Part shown: one piece after another, positions 22,370 to 36,810 of the stretch
Numbering within the stretch: the first letter of the stretch is position 1
Layout: every line of letters begins with the position of its first letter
Source of the DNA: Octopus bimaculoides
Lineage: Eukaryota
NCBI RefSeq assembly: GCF_001194135.2
Contig: NC_068990.1
Coordinates: forward strand, 27,809,238-27,873,237
Reading direction: 5' to 3'
Length of the DNA stretch: 64,000 nt
Position numbers and translations under genes: made by a program
Notes under the pieces: generated by a model
What the model saw: the letters and a program-made list of their open reading frames with translations, nothing else
What the model was told of the DNA's origin: nothing
The model's database searches: none

Positions 22370-22692
22370 CGACTGTGTGGTGAGAAGTTTTCTTCTCAAA
22401 CACATGGTTTCAGGTTCAATCGTACTTCGTGCTACCTTGGCCAAGAGTCTTTTTCTGTAGACCTGGGTCACCTAAAGCCTTGTGAGAGGATTTGCCAGAG
22501 GGAAACGGATTGTTTGTGGGCAAGTATGTAGCTTTCCGTTTGTGCTTATCGCTCAGCATTGCGTGACAATCGTTGCTCTTCGGCAAAATAAGCCACTAGG
22601 AATAGTACCAAACTTTAAAAAGTGGCACTGGGGTCGATTTGTTCGATAAGATGTTCAAAGCAAGTGTCGCAGAAACAATCCAATGACTGAAA
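22370..22692 (+). mobile_element. SINE family A, degenerate full-length copy
   Basis: Head gtgtggtgagaagttttcttctcaaacacatggtttcaggttcaatc; 3' end ggggtcgatttgttcg...aatgactgaaac. Confidence 0.7.
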
Positions 22693-22962
22693 CAACGGAA
22701 GGGCTTGCTCGTGAAATTAACGTGCAAGTAGCTGAGCATTCCAGAGATACCTATACCCTTAACGCAGTTCTTAGGGAGATTCATCGTGACACAGAGTGTG
22801 GCAAGGTCTGCCCTTTGAAGTACAGGTATGGCTCATTTTTGCCAGCTGAGTGGACTGGAGCCACATAAAATAAGGTTTCATGCTCGAGGACACAATACAT
22901 CGCCAGGAATTGAACTCACGACCTTACGTTCGTGAGCCGAATGCCCTAAACACTAAGCCACG
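22693..22962 (-). mobile_element. SINE family B copy with tRNA-like head
   Basis: Minus head gcgtggcttagtgtttagggcattcggctcacgaacgtaaggtcgtgagttcaattcc, then tgtgtcctcgagc (CORE-like); body matches 34330-34460. Confidence 0.75.
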
Positions 22963-23085
22963 CATATATATATGTAGCTAGAAGATAATGGATAGATAGT
23001 GTACATTTATACACGCTTAGACATGCATAAATGTATGAACGTATGCATGAATGTGTGTATGTATGTGTATGTGCGTGTGCGTGTA

Positions 23086-23121
<36 letters not shown>

Positions 23122-23819
23122 TGTGTGTGCGTGTGCGTGTGTGCGTGCGTGCGTGCGTGTATCTATAACCCGCTTTATTAGTCCGATATTAACATCTCTC
23201 CGATTGTAAGGCTAATTGCTAATTTCCTTCTTGGGATCGGAGCAAAGGTCTTCACAGACCGCCGCGGATGCTTCTGAGTCAGCAATCCTTATAAAAACTC
23301 TATTCTATGCGTGGAACTGTCCGTTGGAAAAGCCTATTTTTCTACTCTGAGTATGAACCAATAAAATAGATGAAGCCTAATATTGTAAATTTGATGTGCG
23401 ATCACTTTACCATTTCTGTGTGACATTCTTTGAACCTTTATAGGCAATGTCGAATTGATGGATCGAGCGAGATAATTTACAGCAGAAACATTTGATCACT
23501 TTAAAGGAATCATCGGTACAGTTTGTTCAGCAAATTGCCCCAATATGATCTTCTGTTTACCAAGTATACCGTATTTGTTGTTTACGAGAGTGGCACCTGA
23601 CCTGATATAATCGAATTTGAAAATGCCACATTATTGTAATACTGTAATATGTAGAGATTATATAACACGTCTCTGTAGTGACTTTGTTGTATTGGGAGTC
23701 GTCTGCCTTTCGTTGGTAGGAAAACAATTTTGTGTTGCTTTGTGAAATTTCTCATACCATTTCTCTCTAGGAAATCAGGAGAGAATCATCAGTGTATTTT
23801 TTTTCAGTAGCAGAGCAAC

Positions 23820-24350
23820 ATTTGTACTTAAAATGCACGCACAGAAACGGAAGAAACTCTACGAGTCGTAGTGAATATGCGCCGAGATACAGATGCTAAA
23901 CTCTTAAAGAGAATAAAGGAAGGTATTTAACTCAATAGAAGATGTGCTCAAAACAAAGATAGGCAATACCATACGTGTCAGACTCTTCAATAGTAACGTT
24001 CTGCTTGCGCTCTTATACACTGGCGAAACGTAGCCTACGCCGAAGATGATAGAACATCGATTGGCTGCGATGCAAAGGGCCATTGAAAGATCCATGCTAG
24101 CAATATCTTTACGAGAGCATAATTCGAGAATGGTGTAGAATGAACGATGTGTTTGTAGAATACGGAAAGCACAAGCTGGGCTGAATATATTGCTGGGTTC
24201 ACAGAGCCCGAGATCGGAAAAGGCCGTTTGGAAGACCTTCACAACAGGGGTAATATGATAAATTCAAGCAATTTGGGTGGAGATGAAAAAGAATAGTTCA
24301 AACAAGACAGAATTAGAAGTGCATTGTGACCGGCGGTGTATAGCAGCATC
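23820..24350 (+). mobile_element. RTE-clade LINE, degenerate RT C-terminal region
   Basis: KVFNSIEDVLKTKIGNTIRVRLFNSNVLLALLYTGET*PTPKMIEHRLAAMQRAIERSMLAISLREH matches RTE motifs LF...VLP.LLY..ETW and QR.MER.ML...LR.H. Confidence 0.8.
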
Positions 24351-26059
24351 TGGTGATTTGATCGATACAGTGATACAGTGAAGTTGACTAAAACTTGAGA
24401 TAAGTAGACTCTAGCTGTGTTTCATATTTGCTTTTAAACCAAGAGATAAAGGCAGATGCTGAAGCTTCAAATCTCTTTTCTAAATCAGCAACGTCAGTTG
24501 ACTCTTTCATTTGAAGATAGAACGTTGATATTATTTCAACAAGTTTCGTCAGTTAAAATTCAGAAAATTTAGACATTTCGTGTACATGTCATGATATACA
24601 GTCTTTAGAAATTGTAGCATTATTAATATTATATTTACTATTCATTCCTACAAACATTTTGTGCTAAAGTTTTAAAGTCTTCTGCAACTGTATAAAGTTT
24701 TACCTATATTTGCTGTTCAATAGCTAATACGAAATCAAATACGTAAAACATTTTTGTTTATAAACATAAACGTCGAAAATATAGATTTCCTTTCATTCAA
24801 TTCAAAAGAGTTTCCTTTAAAACAGATTCAATTCCAAACATTTCTTTTTTAAATAGACTCAATTCTAAAGACTTTCTCTTAAAATATTCATCTCTTGGAT
24901 TTTTGAAATTCGAGTCTTTTGCCTCTCAATATCATTTCAGTTTAGGCGCATTAAAAAAACTGCTATTACTTAGAAAATGTATTCATTTAAGACGCATTCC
25001 AAATAATTCAGTCTTATCACCGTACTGGTGATAAGGTAAAACCGTTAGCAATAAAAATTGCACCATATTTTACGATGTTCAGCTTGTGATGCTGTTGATA
25101 AACACAAACATGCCCCAGCTGGATAACATCTCCTTAATGTGCGGTGGTTCACTTCTGATTTTTCAATATTGATTGTTCTTTTTTTTGTTTTTTTTTACAC
25201 ATTTATCAATTGCGGGTTACATCTTATTGCGTAAGTGAAAGACATGGCTGTACGTTTAAGAAATTCTTGTCGTAAAAACCTGACCGTTGCTTCTATCATA
25301 TTGTAAAACATATTGGACAAGTTAATTTGGGATCAAGATAACCATGATTTTGTGAGGGAATTTCATATTGTCTAGAAGCTATGTATGTATGTATGTATGC
25401 ATGTATATATTTATGTATGTATGTGAATATATCTACCTCTCTCACTCTCTCTCTCTACACGCACACATATATAAATATATATATATATATATAATATATG
25501 TGTGTGTATGCACGTGTGTATGCACGTGTGTATGTGTGTATGCAGACATATTTGAGTGTGCCAGACTCATTGAAAACACGAGTTGACACTTGTTCTGTTT
25601 CAGTGATACTAAAGAACCCTTCACCGATTTTCCCTCCAGTTGTGGTCTGGTAATTACACATTGGAGGTTTTGCGAAGGGCGTTGAAAAATGGGTGCTAAT
25701 AAAGTGATTGTAAAAAGAAGAATGCTATAATCTTCGGAAGTAAGAGTATTGATAACTTGAATTAATGGTAAACAAAATAATCCGCTTGATAACTGAAAGA
25801 ATGCATGCAATAAGTGTTTTACGAATTATAAAAGGAAAGCCAAACGAACGAAAGACAGAACATACTTAGACATACAAATACGTGCTACCAGCTCTACTAT
25901 GAAATGCCAGATTCGGATGCAAGAGAATTTGAATAAATTAACACACACACACAACTAGAGAGCAATGCGAGACGGAGGGAGGAACGAATGAGAGAAAAGC
26001 TTTACGTGTGCCTCTGTTCATTCACCCTCTCGCACACAATTTGCATCCATTCCTGTCCC

Positions 26060-26175
26060 TCCTTCCTTCCTGCCTTCCTTCCTTTCTTCCTTCCTTCTTT
26101 CTTTCTTTCCTTCCTTCCTTCCTTCCTTCCTTCCTTCCTTCCTTCCTTCCTTCCTTCTTCCCTTCCTTCCTTCTT
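26060..26175. repeat. (TTCC)n/(GGAA)n microsatellite
   Basis: Long polypyrimidine tetranucleotide run at the 3' end of the minus-strand LINE fragment. Confidence 0.95.
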
Positions 26176-26420
26176 ATCCGTTTAGTGGTTGTGGAATCCA
26201 TTGATGAAGTCGCAACTAGATTTCACCATTTCTATCAGTCTTCTGCTTCCCTCTGTGAGCAACAAAATCGAGGGCCGTCCACTCTTTGATGTTACCTCAA
26301 GCGATGTGCAATCCAACGTAGTTTCTGAATATTGCTTCGCAACACTCATTCTTCTCCAGGTAGTTGGCCACAATCGTACGCCTCTACCTAAGACATCCCA
26401 GTGGCTGTACATCTGACTGT
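26176..26420 (-). mobile_element. LINE (RTE-like) extreme 3' end, internally deleted
   Basis: A minus frame reads LRSNIQKLRWIAHRLR* ... QREAED**KW*NLVATSSMDSTT, resembling I...LRW.GH..R and A.DR..WR.LV termini. Confidence 0.55.
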
Positions 26421-26699
26421 TGGATCAAGTTTGACCTGGGATTAAATATCATCGTAATATCCTTCAACCACATAAATACAGACCCAAACAAATACACCAA
26501 CAAGCATCAATGTGACCAGGAGTGAGAGAGCATATCATTGAAGAGGTGTTGAACGGCGTCGAAAGGAATTTGACTAACATAAATGATTAATTAACCGAAT
26601 TACTATTTTCTACTCTAGGCACAAGGCTCGAAATTTTGGGGTAGGGGGCTAGTCGATTAGATCGACCCCAGTAAGCAACTGGTATTGAGCTTAATATTT

Positions 26700-26791
26700 G
26701 CTGCAGCCCATCTTTTATACCAAGAGAAATCAATGTACACGAAAACACTTCCAATCAGTTAAGATCAGAAACCAAGAGAGCCACTGTCTGG

Positions 26792-26794
<3 letters not shown>
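26700..26794 (-). mobile_element. Truncated copy of the (TAA)n-flanked element at 58903-59450
   Basis: Reverse complement matches 58905-59020 (cttaactgattggaagtg...gtacattg...cttggtataaaagatggg) and abuts the microsatellite at the same end. Confidence 0.8.
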
Positions 26795-26867
<73 letters not shown>

Positions 26868-26880
26868 CATTATTATTACT
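26795..26880. repeat. (TTA)n microsatellite
   Basis: About 28 units. Confidence 0.97.
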
Positions 26881-27110
26881 AAGGCACTGAGCTGGCAGAA
26901 TTATTAGCACTCTGGGCGAAGCGCTTAGCGACATTTCGTCCGTCTTCACGCATTGAGTTCAAATTCTGCCGAGGACGACTTTGACTTTCATGCTTTCGGG
27001 GTCAATAAAATAAGTAACATCTGGACATTGGGGTCCATGTAATGGGCTTTGCCTCACCCCTAACATTGCTGGCCTTGTGCCAAAATTTGAAACAAATATT
27101 ATTATTATTA
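26881..27110 (+). mobile_element. SINE family C, full-length copy with (ATT)n tail
   Basis: aggcactgagctggcagaatt...gagttcaaattctgccgagg...ctttcatgctttcggggtcaataaaataagta...gccttgtgccaaaatttgaaacaaatattattattatta. Confidence 0.8.
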
Positions 27111-27602
27111 CTACACTCATATTTCCTTGCACATTGTGGATATACCCGACTGTTTTTGTCTTATCATCATTGTTCTTATTAACTATCAAAGCATAGACAA
27201 TATATAGCATTCTCATTGCTTCAGCTGCTCCAAGAAGGGTAGATGTTTCGAACACATTGGAAACTGTTAACACGTGAATTAGATGTTAAAATTTAAAATG
27301 TTAAAGTCACGGTAAATTTACCACCAGGTAAATGACTAGATCTGAATCTTTTAATGTTATCTAACACCTGTCAGAGTCACATTAGATAGATGCTATTTCA
27401 TTAAAAATGACGTTTCACTCCTTTTAATCTAAAACACCTTTTTATTTATATATAAAATGTCACTTTCAATGCGATTAGTTAGTTCACTTGTAAGACAAAT
27501 AGAAATGAATGTCAAACACAGGTGTAAGCATGAATAAAAGTAAACATACTGCGAAAATGTGTGCATTGATGTATGTGCATTAGTTCACATAACCTTATGT
27601 AC

Positions 27603-27634
<32 letters not shown>

Positions 27635-27819
27635 NNNNNNNNNNNNNNNNNNNNNNNNNNNNNNNNNNNNNNNNNNNNNNNNNNNNNNNNNNNNNNNNNN
27701 NNNNNNNNNNNNNNNNNNNNNNNNNNNNNNNNNNNNNNNNNNNNNNNNNNNNNNNNNNNNNNNNNNNNNNNNNNNNNNNNNNNNNNNNNNNNNNNTATAT
27801 ATATATATATATTGTTCAA

Positions 27820-27965
27820 AATCGTACAAAAAAAAACAAAAAAAAAGACAGGCAGATGTGGGGAAGCAACAAACAAGCTGTATCTGTTGGACGCTTAGGA
27901 AATATGGAAAAGTCTTGACATTTCGAGCCTACGCACTTTTACTGAAAAGAATGGGGAGAGAAAAT
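27820..27965 (-). mobile_element. Degenerate copy of the PLE-terminus-like repeat seen at 47880-48030, with a broken HHR core
   Basis: Minus: aagtgc-gtag-gctc-GAAA-tgtc-aaga...tttcc...tttcctaagcgtc, versus gagc-ttg-gctc-GAAA-cgtt-gaat...tttcc...tttcccgagcgtc. Confidence 0.5.
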
Positions 27966-29629
27966 AGATAGAGAGAAGGAAAAAACGGAGAGAAAAAGAA
28001 AAACTGTTTGGATTAACAGGTGCACTCACTTAATATAAACTTAAACTACAACAAACAAATACATAATTACTATGGAAGACTGGTGGGATTATTATTTGCA
28101 TGGATTTAAAGATTGGTTGCTATTTAGCATATAATTTTAGTCATTGTAGGTTTACTATTAATACCGATACAGACGTACATAGATTCATGTGTTTCTTTGT
28201 TGTTTAATTTTAAATTTAATGTTTAATCTTGCCTATGTTTACATTAAATGAATGTGGTATTTAAGCTTTCGCTTTTATATTATACTATGGAAGACTGTAG
28301 GGAATAAAATGTGTGACTTAAAAGTTTGGTCGCTCCTTAGTCACATATTTAGGAGTTGGTTATTGAATTACTTATTGAATTTATTTATCGATACTGCTAT
28401 ACATTGGGTAAATGTGTTTGAAAGCTGTTGTCTCTTAGGTATGTTTGTTCCCAAATAACTCTTATTTTAGTGCTGTTGACACTGCCCGATTAAATAGTAC
28501 TGCCCAGGTGTCGAAAACCAGTGCTCAGAAAGTTCACAATTCTAATTCCAAATTCTTCATGCAGGGAAGATAGACTAGAGGACAGAAACGTCCTCTAGAA
28601 GGGCGTTCGGAATTGAAGGGCTTCGGAATTTGAAAGAGAGGGACAAACGATAACAGGTGGAAGGAATATATATCTATATGAACGATTTCATATACAAATT
28701 ACAGATGTTTCCAAAGATCGATAACTGTTTCATATAAAAATTATGCAAGGGGGTAGGATACTGGGGCAATATTGTGCGTATAGCTAATAGAAAAACAAAG
28801 TAGGAACTAGCACGGATTTTGACAGATTTGTACAGCAGAGTCACAGCAGTTTCTGCAGAAGGTGAAGGACGAATATGTTCTACTGATAACTCCCTATTCA
28901 GTGTGGAAACAAATCAACAATGATGTTACTTTAAGATATAATGCTACCTTTTCAATTTGTAGATATATACATATATTCTTGTATTACTTTACTTGTCTAA
29001 ATTAGCTGAAGGCGATTGTTCGAGAAGACATCGCGATATACGGTAAAATACTGTGGGGTATTATTAAGTATTATTGCTTTAAACCTTAACCTATAGAGAG
29101 CTCCGACGGAGGCAGTCATATGACAGATCATCTGTCCTGTTAAGGGATACGGCTTGCCGTCTTTGAGATAGAAAAGGTCGTCATAGAATGTTCAGAGATG
29201 AAGCACTTTTCACTATCTATCTACACGGACAGGTTTAACCTCAGGCAACCACAGATCATAAAATTTAATTATGCCCATTGCTTGAAAAACTCGAATCGTT
29301 CATTCCAATGTAATTCATGGAACAAATATTATGGAAGAGCTGAACATAAGATATTTTATGAAATTTATATTGTATCTGAACAAAAAAAAATAATTACTAT
29401 GAAAAATAATAGCAAATATATAAAGGCTGCCGTAATTGCAGATGGATTATTATAGATATAAATATCCCAAGAGACGAGTTGATTAAAAATATAAAAAAGA
29501 AATGTAAATGTGAAAAAAGTTTTACAAAATTTAACAAATATAAAGAAAAGTGAATAGAGAAAAAGAGATCTATTGATCTAATCACTGATCAAAAGCAAGC
29601 GCAAGTGCAGATTAAATTAAATTTTTCAG

Positions 29630-29965
29630 GGACATCATAGAGATAAAGCAGACGAGATGAAGATGATCATGGCAATCAGCTTCGTCTTTGCTGTCATCGT
29701 CAAAAACATGAACATTAATAATTTCATCAGAATTGTGACTGAAATCATTAGCATCATCGTCATCGTGATCATCAAATTCATCATCATCAGCACCATCTTC
29801 ATCATCCGTATCGTCGTTATTAACATTATTATCATTTTAAACAGAAACTACCAAAATTCATCACTATCGACATCACCGTTCATCAACGAACACCTCTTAA
29901 CCTCATCACCACCACCATCATCGACATGTTCATCGTCGTCGTCGTCGTCATCATCATCATTCAGT
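29630..29965. repeat. Degenerate (ATC)n/(GTC)n low-complexity tract
   Basis: ATC-periodic sequence producing Ile-rich and Met-rich pseudo-ORFs, ending in (gtc)n(atc)n. Confidence 0.8.
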
Positions 29966-30307
29966 TACTACTGATTCAATTCCGAAACAATTTACTCTGC
30001 CAGTTCACTTCGCAAACTCTTCATATTTATTACACCAAATTTCCAAAATGTTCCCTATGCTCTTCTGAAATACTTTCCTCGCGGTTCCACCGTAAAATTG
30101 GTATTTCTCTCTTTTAAAAGAATCGTAAATCATCACAAATAGGCTGATTTCGGAATGAATACGAAACGGACTGTGGCCGTGCTTGGGCACTGTTGTTGAG
30201 GGCTTTAGCCAAACAAATCTCAGTACCATTTTTTTTTTTTAATTCTTATACGTGTTGTCAGGCAAATACTGTTGGGCTCCACCACACATACAGAAACACA
30301 TACGCAA

Positions 30308-30343
<36 letters not shown>

Positions 30344-31133
30344 TTTCGATGGACTTCTACACAGTTTCCGTGTACCAAAATCACTTAAAATGCAGTGGTG
30401 AAGGGCTCGTGTCTACATTTGAAAACTTTTGCGTAAGTTGCCGCACCGTGAGACTGAACTCATAATTTAGTAGTTGCAAAGCTAGATTAGCATCACAGCT
30501 ACACCTGCTGAATACATTAACAAAAAGATGGAGGATATGATGCCAATGACTGTGCTCGTAAAAATAAAGGGGCGTGTTAAGATGGAGACGATGACGATGA
30601 CAAAAAATAAAAAAAGACGATGTAATGAGGAGAGAAACGAGTGGAGGAGACAAAGAACAGGAGAAAACAAAGAATTACACACATACGGCAGATATGAAAT
30701 TAGGTGAAAGAATAAATGACAAACACCGAAGAAAAAATAATGAAAAAGAATTTAGGATGTGTATGTAGGAATATAACGTCGTACTAAATGGATTTTACAG
30801 CGAATTTAATGGTATACCTTAAGATAATGAATAACGAAAATCTATTGTCTTTTTATTGAGATACAATAAGCACGATTTTAAAACAAAATATGTTTGAGTA
30901 TTATTTTTTGTTATATATTACTAAATTGGATTTTAATGTGGAGTTTCGTCTAAATAGGTTTCATAAAACAAACAATTTACCTTGTATTTATTCTATGTTA
31001 ATTTCTCCATGAAAGAGAGGAAAGAGAAAACTCTCACACGCACACACATGCAAACATATTCTTTTATATACTTGCATATATTTTGATATGTCCTTATATA
31101 TATATATATATATATACCTACATTTATAAGCAG

Positions 31134-31228
<95 letters not shown>

Positions 31229-33410
31229 CATTATCTAATTTAAGATATTCTACTCAGCTTTTGTGCAATATCGTAAATATTTCTTCTCGTTACATTTATT
31301 TATAATCTTTTAAACCAAAAATATAACATTTTTCTTGTTTCTTTTTGTTGTTGTTGTTGTTGTTTTTGACGATGATGAAGATGATAATGATGTTATTGTT
31401 GCGGGTCTCTAATTCTTGGTTGGTTCTCGCCAGGCATGTGCCGTCAGTAATTACTTATGGTAGGCGGTTGGCAACCTATATGTAGCAAAACATACAAAAA
31501 ATAACCGAAGCACAGGCGTGCGACGGAATTGTAGGCAGATCTATTTCTGCCTTTATATTACGTAAAGAAAACTTTGTGGTAGAAAAGTGCTTATCACGTG
31601 TACTAAAGCAGTGCTATGCGTAGCTTAAATACTGTGATTGAAAAGAAGGGGTGAATTATGCCTACTTAATCTACAATGCGTTTTATGCACAATAATCAGA
31701 GTAACCTTCATAATTTTATTGAATTGGGTGCATAATTTTCTATGAGAGGGAAATGTTGCTATCGATGTATTTTATTCAAGGTAGGCACTGCCTACCTTGC
31801 CTACCATGGCGGCTTAACACTGGTTCTTGGCTAGGCAAACAGGCCAACATTACCCTTGGTCGACAGGGGTATCCAATTAAAACTCAGAGAACTGGAACAA
31901 AGTGAAATGAAGTGTTTTGCTCGAGAATACAACACATAGTCCGATGTAGGAATAGAAGATGTCACAATTTGGATTGCAAAACCCATAACCACAAGGCAAC
32001 ACCCCTTCACAATTTATGAAGTGGCTCTTAAATATTCATTTTCATAGTTGCTGGAGAATTTTCCATATCTGCATGGCTTTTCTGTTACAACAAATAATTT
32101 CTCGTTTCAAAAGTCTGGATATTGGAAATATGTTGATGCTGGAAAGTTTCCATCAATGGTTCCTGTGTTTAAACTTTTCTTTTTTTTCTGAAATACATAA
32201 TTATTTTCTTTACGTATAACATGAGAGAATTTCTCAGGTATAGCATTGTATACAGGTTTAGTCACATCATGGCGCATTGGGAAATAGAAAATTAACTGAT
32301 AGTTTTATGTAGATAATGCCACATGTGCATTATAATCCATTCTACAGAAATGTGATTTAATCAGCATTTTCATTGCATTTTCGTGGTTTTAAGGAAACTA
32401 ATTTCGTTCATTAAATATGCAGCAGCTCGCATCTATTTGTATTGTAAAAAAAAAAGAATATGCATACACACATACACACACATACATACATACAAGATGT
32501 TCAATGATTTATTTTTAGCTGTCGAAGAGAAAACGAAGCCAGACGAAAAATACACGATGCTATATAAGAACAATAAATGGCACCACATCGTGGAAAGTTC
32601 CAAATTGGGAAGTATATCTAAACAAATACAAAACGAGCATTTAAAATACAACCTATATACATATGTATGTATATGTATGTATATACATATATATATANNN
32701 NNNNNNNNNNNNNNNNNNNNNNNNNNNNNNNNNNNNNNNNNNNNNNNNNNNNNNNNNNNNNNNNNNNNNNNNNNNNNNNNNNNNNNNNNNNNNNNNNNNN
32801 NNNNNNNNNNNNNNNNNNNNNNNNNNNNNNNNNNNNNNNNNNNNNNNNNNNNNNNNNNNNNNNNNNNNNNNNNNNNNNNNNNNNNNNNNNNNNNNNNNNN
32901 NNNNNNNNNNNNNNNNNNNNNNNNNNNNNNNNNNNNNNNNNNNNNNNNNNNNNNNNNNNNNNNNNNNNNNNNNNNNNNNNNNNNNNNNNNNNNNNNNNNN
33001 NNNNNNNNNNNNNNNNNNNNNNNNNNNNNNNNNNNNNNNNNNNNNNNNNNNNNNNNNNNNNNNNNNNNNNNNNNNNNNNNNNNNNNNNNNNNNNNNNNNN
33101 NNNNNNNNNNNNNNNNNNNNNNNNNNNNNNNNNNNNNNNNNTTAAACAGAGTTCAACACATTCGTTCATATTTATGTAAATGGAGGAGATTAGATGGTAA
33201 AATGGATTATAGTTTTTATTACTCATGCTGCTATACAATTTGTCTCATACAAAAAGACTCAAATATTCATAATAGAACGTCGGAATTGTTGAATTGTACA
33301 CGTCGGTAGCTTGGATAAAAACTAAAAAAGACGTTAGAAGTACATAGATTTCCCTTAGTAATCATATTGTAATAACGCGTTCGTTCTTGGAGTCATGTCT
33401 ATTTTAAACA

Positions 33411-33448
<38 letters not shown>

Positions 33449-34279
33449 AAAATCATGCGATATTATGATATATGGTGAATTATATTGCATTGCCTATGTT
33501 ATAAGCCGTGTTACGGTATGTCGTGTGCTATATATAATACTATCCAATGATAACCCCTGTGTAGTTAGTCTGACTTCATCCTCTTTTGGTGATTACACTA
33601 TTTTCCTTTCTTTTATATTCTACCCTACTGATCATATTATCTATACTTGTGATTTTATGTAAGTAGGTCTCCTTTCGACTATATCATATACCCCCTAGCA
33701 ACTATAAAATAGTACATGCAATAGCACCTGTAACATTACAACTTATAAAATCTGTTCGATTTGAATACCTTTAACTGCCCTCACCACCCGCTCTTTTCGG
33801 GTCACTTTTTTTCTCTTCCCTACCTTTAATTTTAATCCCCTGTCTCTTTAAATGTAGGTTATATGTATTTCTTATTATTTTCTATAAATTCTTATTATTT
33901 TCTCTTCTTATATTGATATCCTTACTAATTAACTACGTATCCCTTATAAATTGTTACTTATCTTGTTCTTAAATAGATATTTTTGGTTACTTAAGTAATA
34001 TGCGAGATATTTATACTATATCCAAATAAACGTATAAATATTTGTGTATGTGCATATATGCATATACACATATATAAATGTGTGTGTATCTGTATGCATC
34101 TTTACATCTTTCCGATTCATAGCTTAAAATTAATAGATAGCATGTGTATCTTTCCAGTTATTCCATAAGTAAATGCCCTGAGTAGTCTTTATAGAAACCA
34201 CCTAATAAGTAATTAATTAAGTACATCAATGAATATTAAACTGATTCTATGTAATTGTCCTTTTTAATGTTTCTAATTT

Positions 34280-34658
34280 ATTGTTGGCACTCCGTCGCTT
34301 ACGACGTCGAGGGTTGCAGTTGATCCGATCAACGGAACAGCCTGCTCGTGAAATTAACGTGCAAGTGGCTGAGCACTTCACAGACACGTGTACTCTTAAC
34401 GTAGTTTACGGGGACATTCAGCGTGACACAGTGTGACAAGGCTGACCCTTTGAATTACAGGCACAACAGAAACAGGAAGTAAGAGTGAGAGAAAGTTGTG
34501 GTGAAAGAGTACAGCAGGGTTCGCCACCATCTCCTGCCGGAGCCTCGTGGAGCTTTAGGTGTTTTCGTTCAAGAAACACTCACAACACCCGGTCTGGGAA
34601 TCGAAACCGCGATCCTATGATCGCGTGTCCGCTGCCCTAACCACTGAGCCATTGCGCC
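34280..34658 (-). mobile_element. SINE family B, full-length tRNA-derived copy
   Basis: Minus head GGCGCAATGGCTCAGTGGTTAGGGCAGCGGACACGCGATCATAGGATCGCGGTTTCGATTCCCAGACC with clear A and B boxes; 3' end ...cgacgtcgtaagcgacggagtgccaacaataa. Confidence 0.9.
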
Positions 34659-35840
34659 TCCTTATAATTGATATATACACACCTTTTACCTATTTTAGTT
34701 AATCACCCATAATGCCACTAAATAAAATTTCCTCCGTATTAACATCTTAGGCTCTTAGTATCTTGCCCCTTTAACTGACAATTAACATCCTTCCTTTTTT
34801 AATAATACTGAGCATGTTATATACATTGATCAGATACTCAACAATGCTCAGGTAAACTTCACATCTATTATATGCCAAAAATACATCGGTAATTGTAACA
34901 ATGGTTATTCTCCTTGTGATAAAATCAGAACTCAATAGAGTTATCTCATAAAATCGATTGTTTTTGCTAATCCCTATCTTTCATACTAAGACTATGTTAA
35001 TCTTTATTCTTTGTACGTCAGAAAAACATTGAAATCTACTCAAATTTAAAACGCTAAACAAAATTTTGTAAAGGAAGAATGAAGCTACAAAAGCCCCCCC
35101 CCCCTAAAATACAACGATAAAAGTATTTTTCATGTGGATAAAAATAACAAAAGAATTTATCCGACAACTCAATATAAATTTTTTTTATGCTAGACTACGT
35201 CAAGTACATTGCCAGTTATAGGCTTTAAAACGCCTACTCACAATTCAAACATACACATGAACCTTCTAATCTCCACACATTAAACTATACATTTTTTTTG
35301 CGACTCCTAATAAACATTCTCACTGACTGCGTTGGGAAATCACACAAATATGTTTAATACACACGGACAACACCGACAAATTAACAAAATATCACATCAA
35401 TGCCAAAATAATTAACTATTGAAGGCCCTTACGCAAGTGCGTACGACACATCAAAAATACAAAAGTGACACAAATAAACGTTCAGAAACAAGCATTCATA
35501 TATTTTCAAACGCATTGGTAGACCTATGATTGTTATATTTTGTTGCACAGAGGTTCACCTGTATAAAAACAAGAAGAAAGTGAAATAAATCAATAAATAT
35601 ATACACACGCTTTCACAGATAATATGTGTGAAAAAAAAATTTCTGTTTTATCATTAGGAATCTGCAAGAGAGACGGACACGTATCTGTGATGTTCAGAGG
35701 CAGCCAGTTAGACTTAGATTGAACTTAAGGCTAACAGATAACATCATATACTATTTTAATTGTATGTATACACATATACAGACAAACATATTTTCACGCT
35801 TTCTACCCTGATATCTCTGTACATATATGTACGCATACAT

Positions 35841-35849
<9 letters not shown>

Positions 35850-35935
<86 letters not shown>

Positions 35936-35981
35936 TACATACATAACTATCTATCTACCTATCTATCTATCTATCTATCCA

Positions 35982-36015
<34 letters not shown>
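35850..36015. repeat. (TA)n and (TATC)n compound microsatellite
   Basis: About 40 TA units followed by tatc units and more TA. Confidence 0.95.
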
Positions 36016-36017
<2 letters not shown>

Positions 36018-36261
36018 TCTTAGGTAATTATTTTTAAGAGAAATTGAGATTTGTTGTCACCTGTTAAAAACTGTTCTCACATTGAACGCTCAAGACGCAA
36101 AATACGTCTCAGATTTTTCATCTCTTTTCAAGGGTTTTTCTCACTTCGCTGTAAGTTATTATAAGAAAATATTTTTATTAGTGCAATCTCTATTTCTCCA
36201 CACATACACTAACCATCTCTTTTTCTCTGTCTGTCTGTCTATCTGTCTCTCTATAGCTCTC

Positions 36262-36297
<36 letters not shown>

Positions 36298-36468
36298 CTT
36301 TTCACACACACACACGGACTCGCACAGACAAACACTACGTGTGTACAGCCGGATACATAAACATATGGAGCAAATCACTGATGTACATACTCACAAACTC
36401 ACAAGTTGTATGCTAAACACAATTCCCTGTCTCTCACTTTCTCTCCCTCTTTCTCTCTCGTTATATAT

Positions 36469-36499
<31 letters not shown>

Positions 36500-36574
36500 A
36501 AAGAAACAGAAAGAAAAAAGAACAAAAGAATAAATACATAAAGAAAGAAAGAAAGAAAAAAAAGAGTTTGTGTA

Positions 36575-36810
36575 GTAAAAAGCTTGCTTCCCAAGCACAT
36601 TACTCCATGTCTAGTCACATTGCTTTTTACCTATCTGCTGCTCTAGCCTGGGCGGATCAAAGATGTGTGGATGGAGTTGGCAGACGGAAACTAAAAAGAA
36701 ACCCGTCGTATATGTGTGTCTCCGACTTCTGCTTGACGACCGGTTTCGCTATATTTACGTCCCCGTGACATACCGGGTCGTTGAAAAGGCCGAAAGAATA
36801 AGTTACAGGC
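36575..36810 (+). mobile_element. SINE family A copy, cut by a gap
   Basis: gtagtaaaaagcttgcttcccaagcacat...cagacggaaactaaaaagaaacccgtcg...tttacgtccccgtgac. Confidence 0.7.

Noticed and set aside
29635-29974. Met-rich and Ile-rich ORFs on both strands
   Set aside because: By-product of a degenerate (ATC)n tract; no splice or codon evidence.
31432-31822. Possible MITE with GGTAGGC/GCCTACC subterminal inverted motifs
   Set aside because: Inverted match is short and the termini are too degenerate to define.
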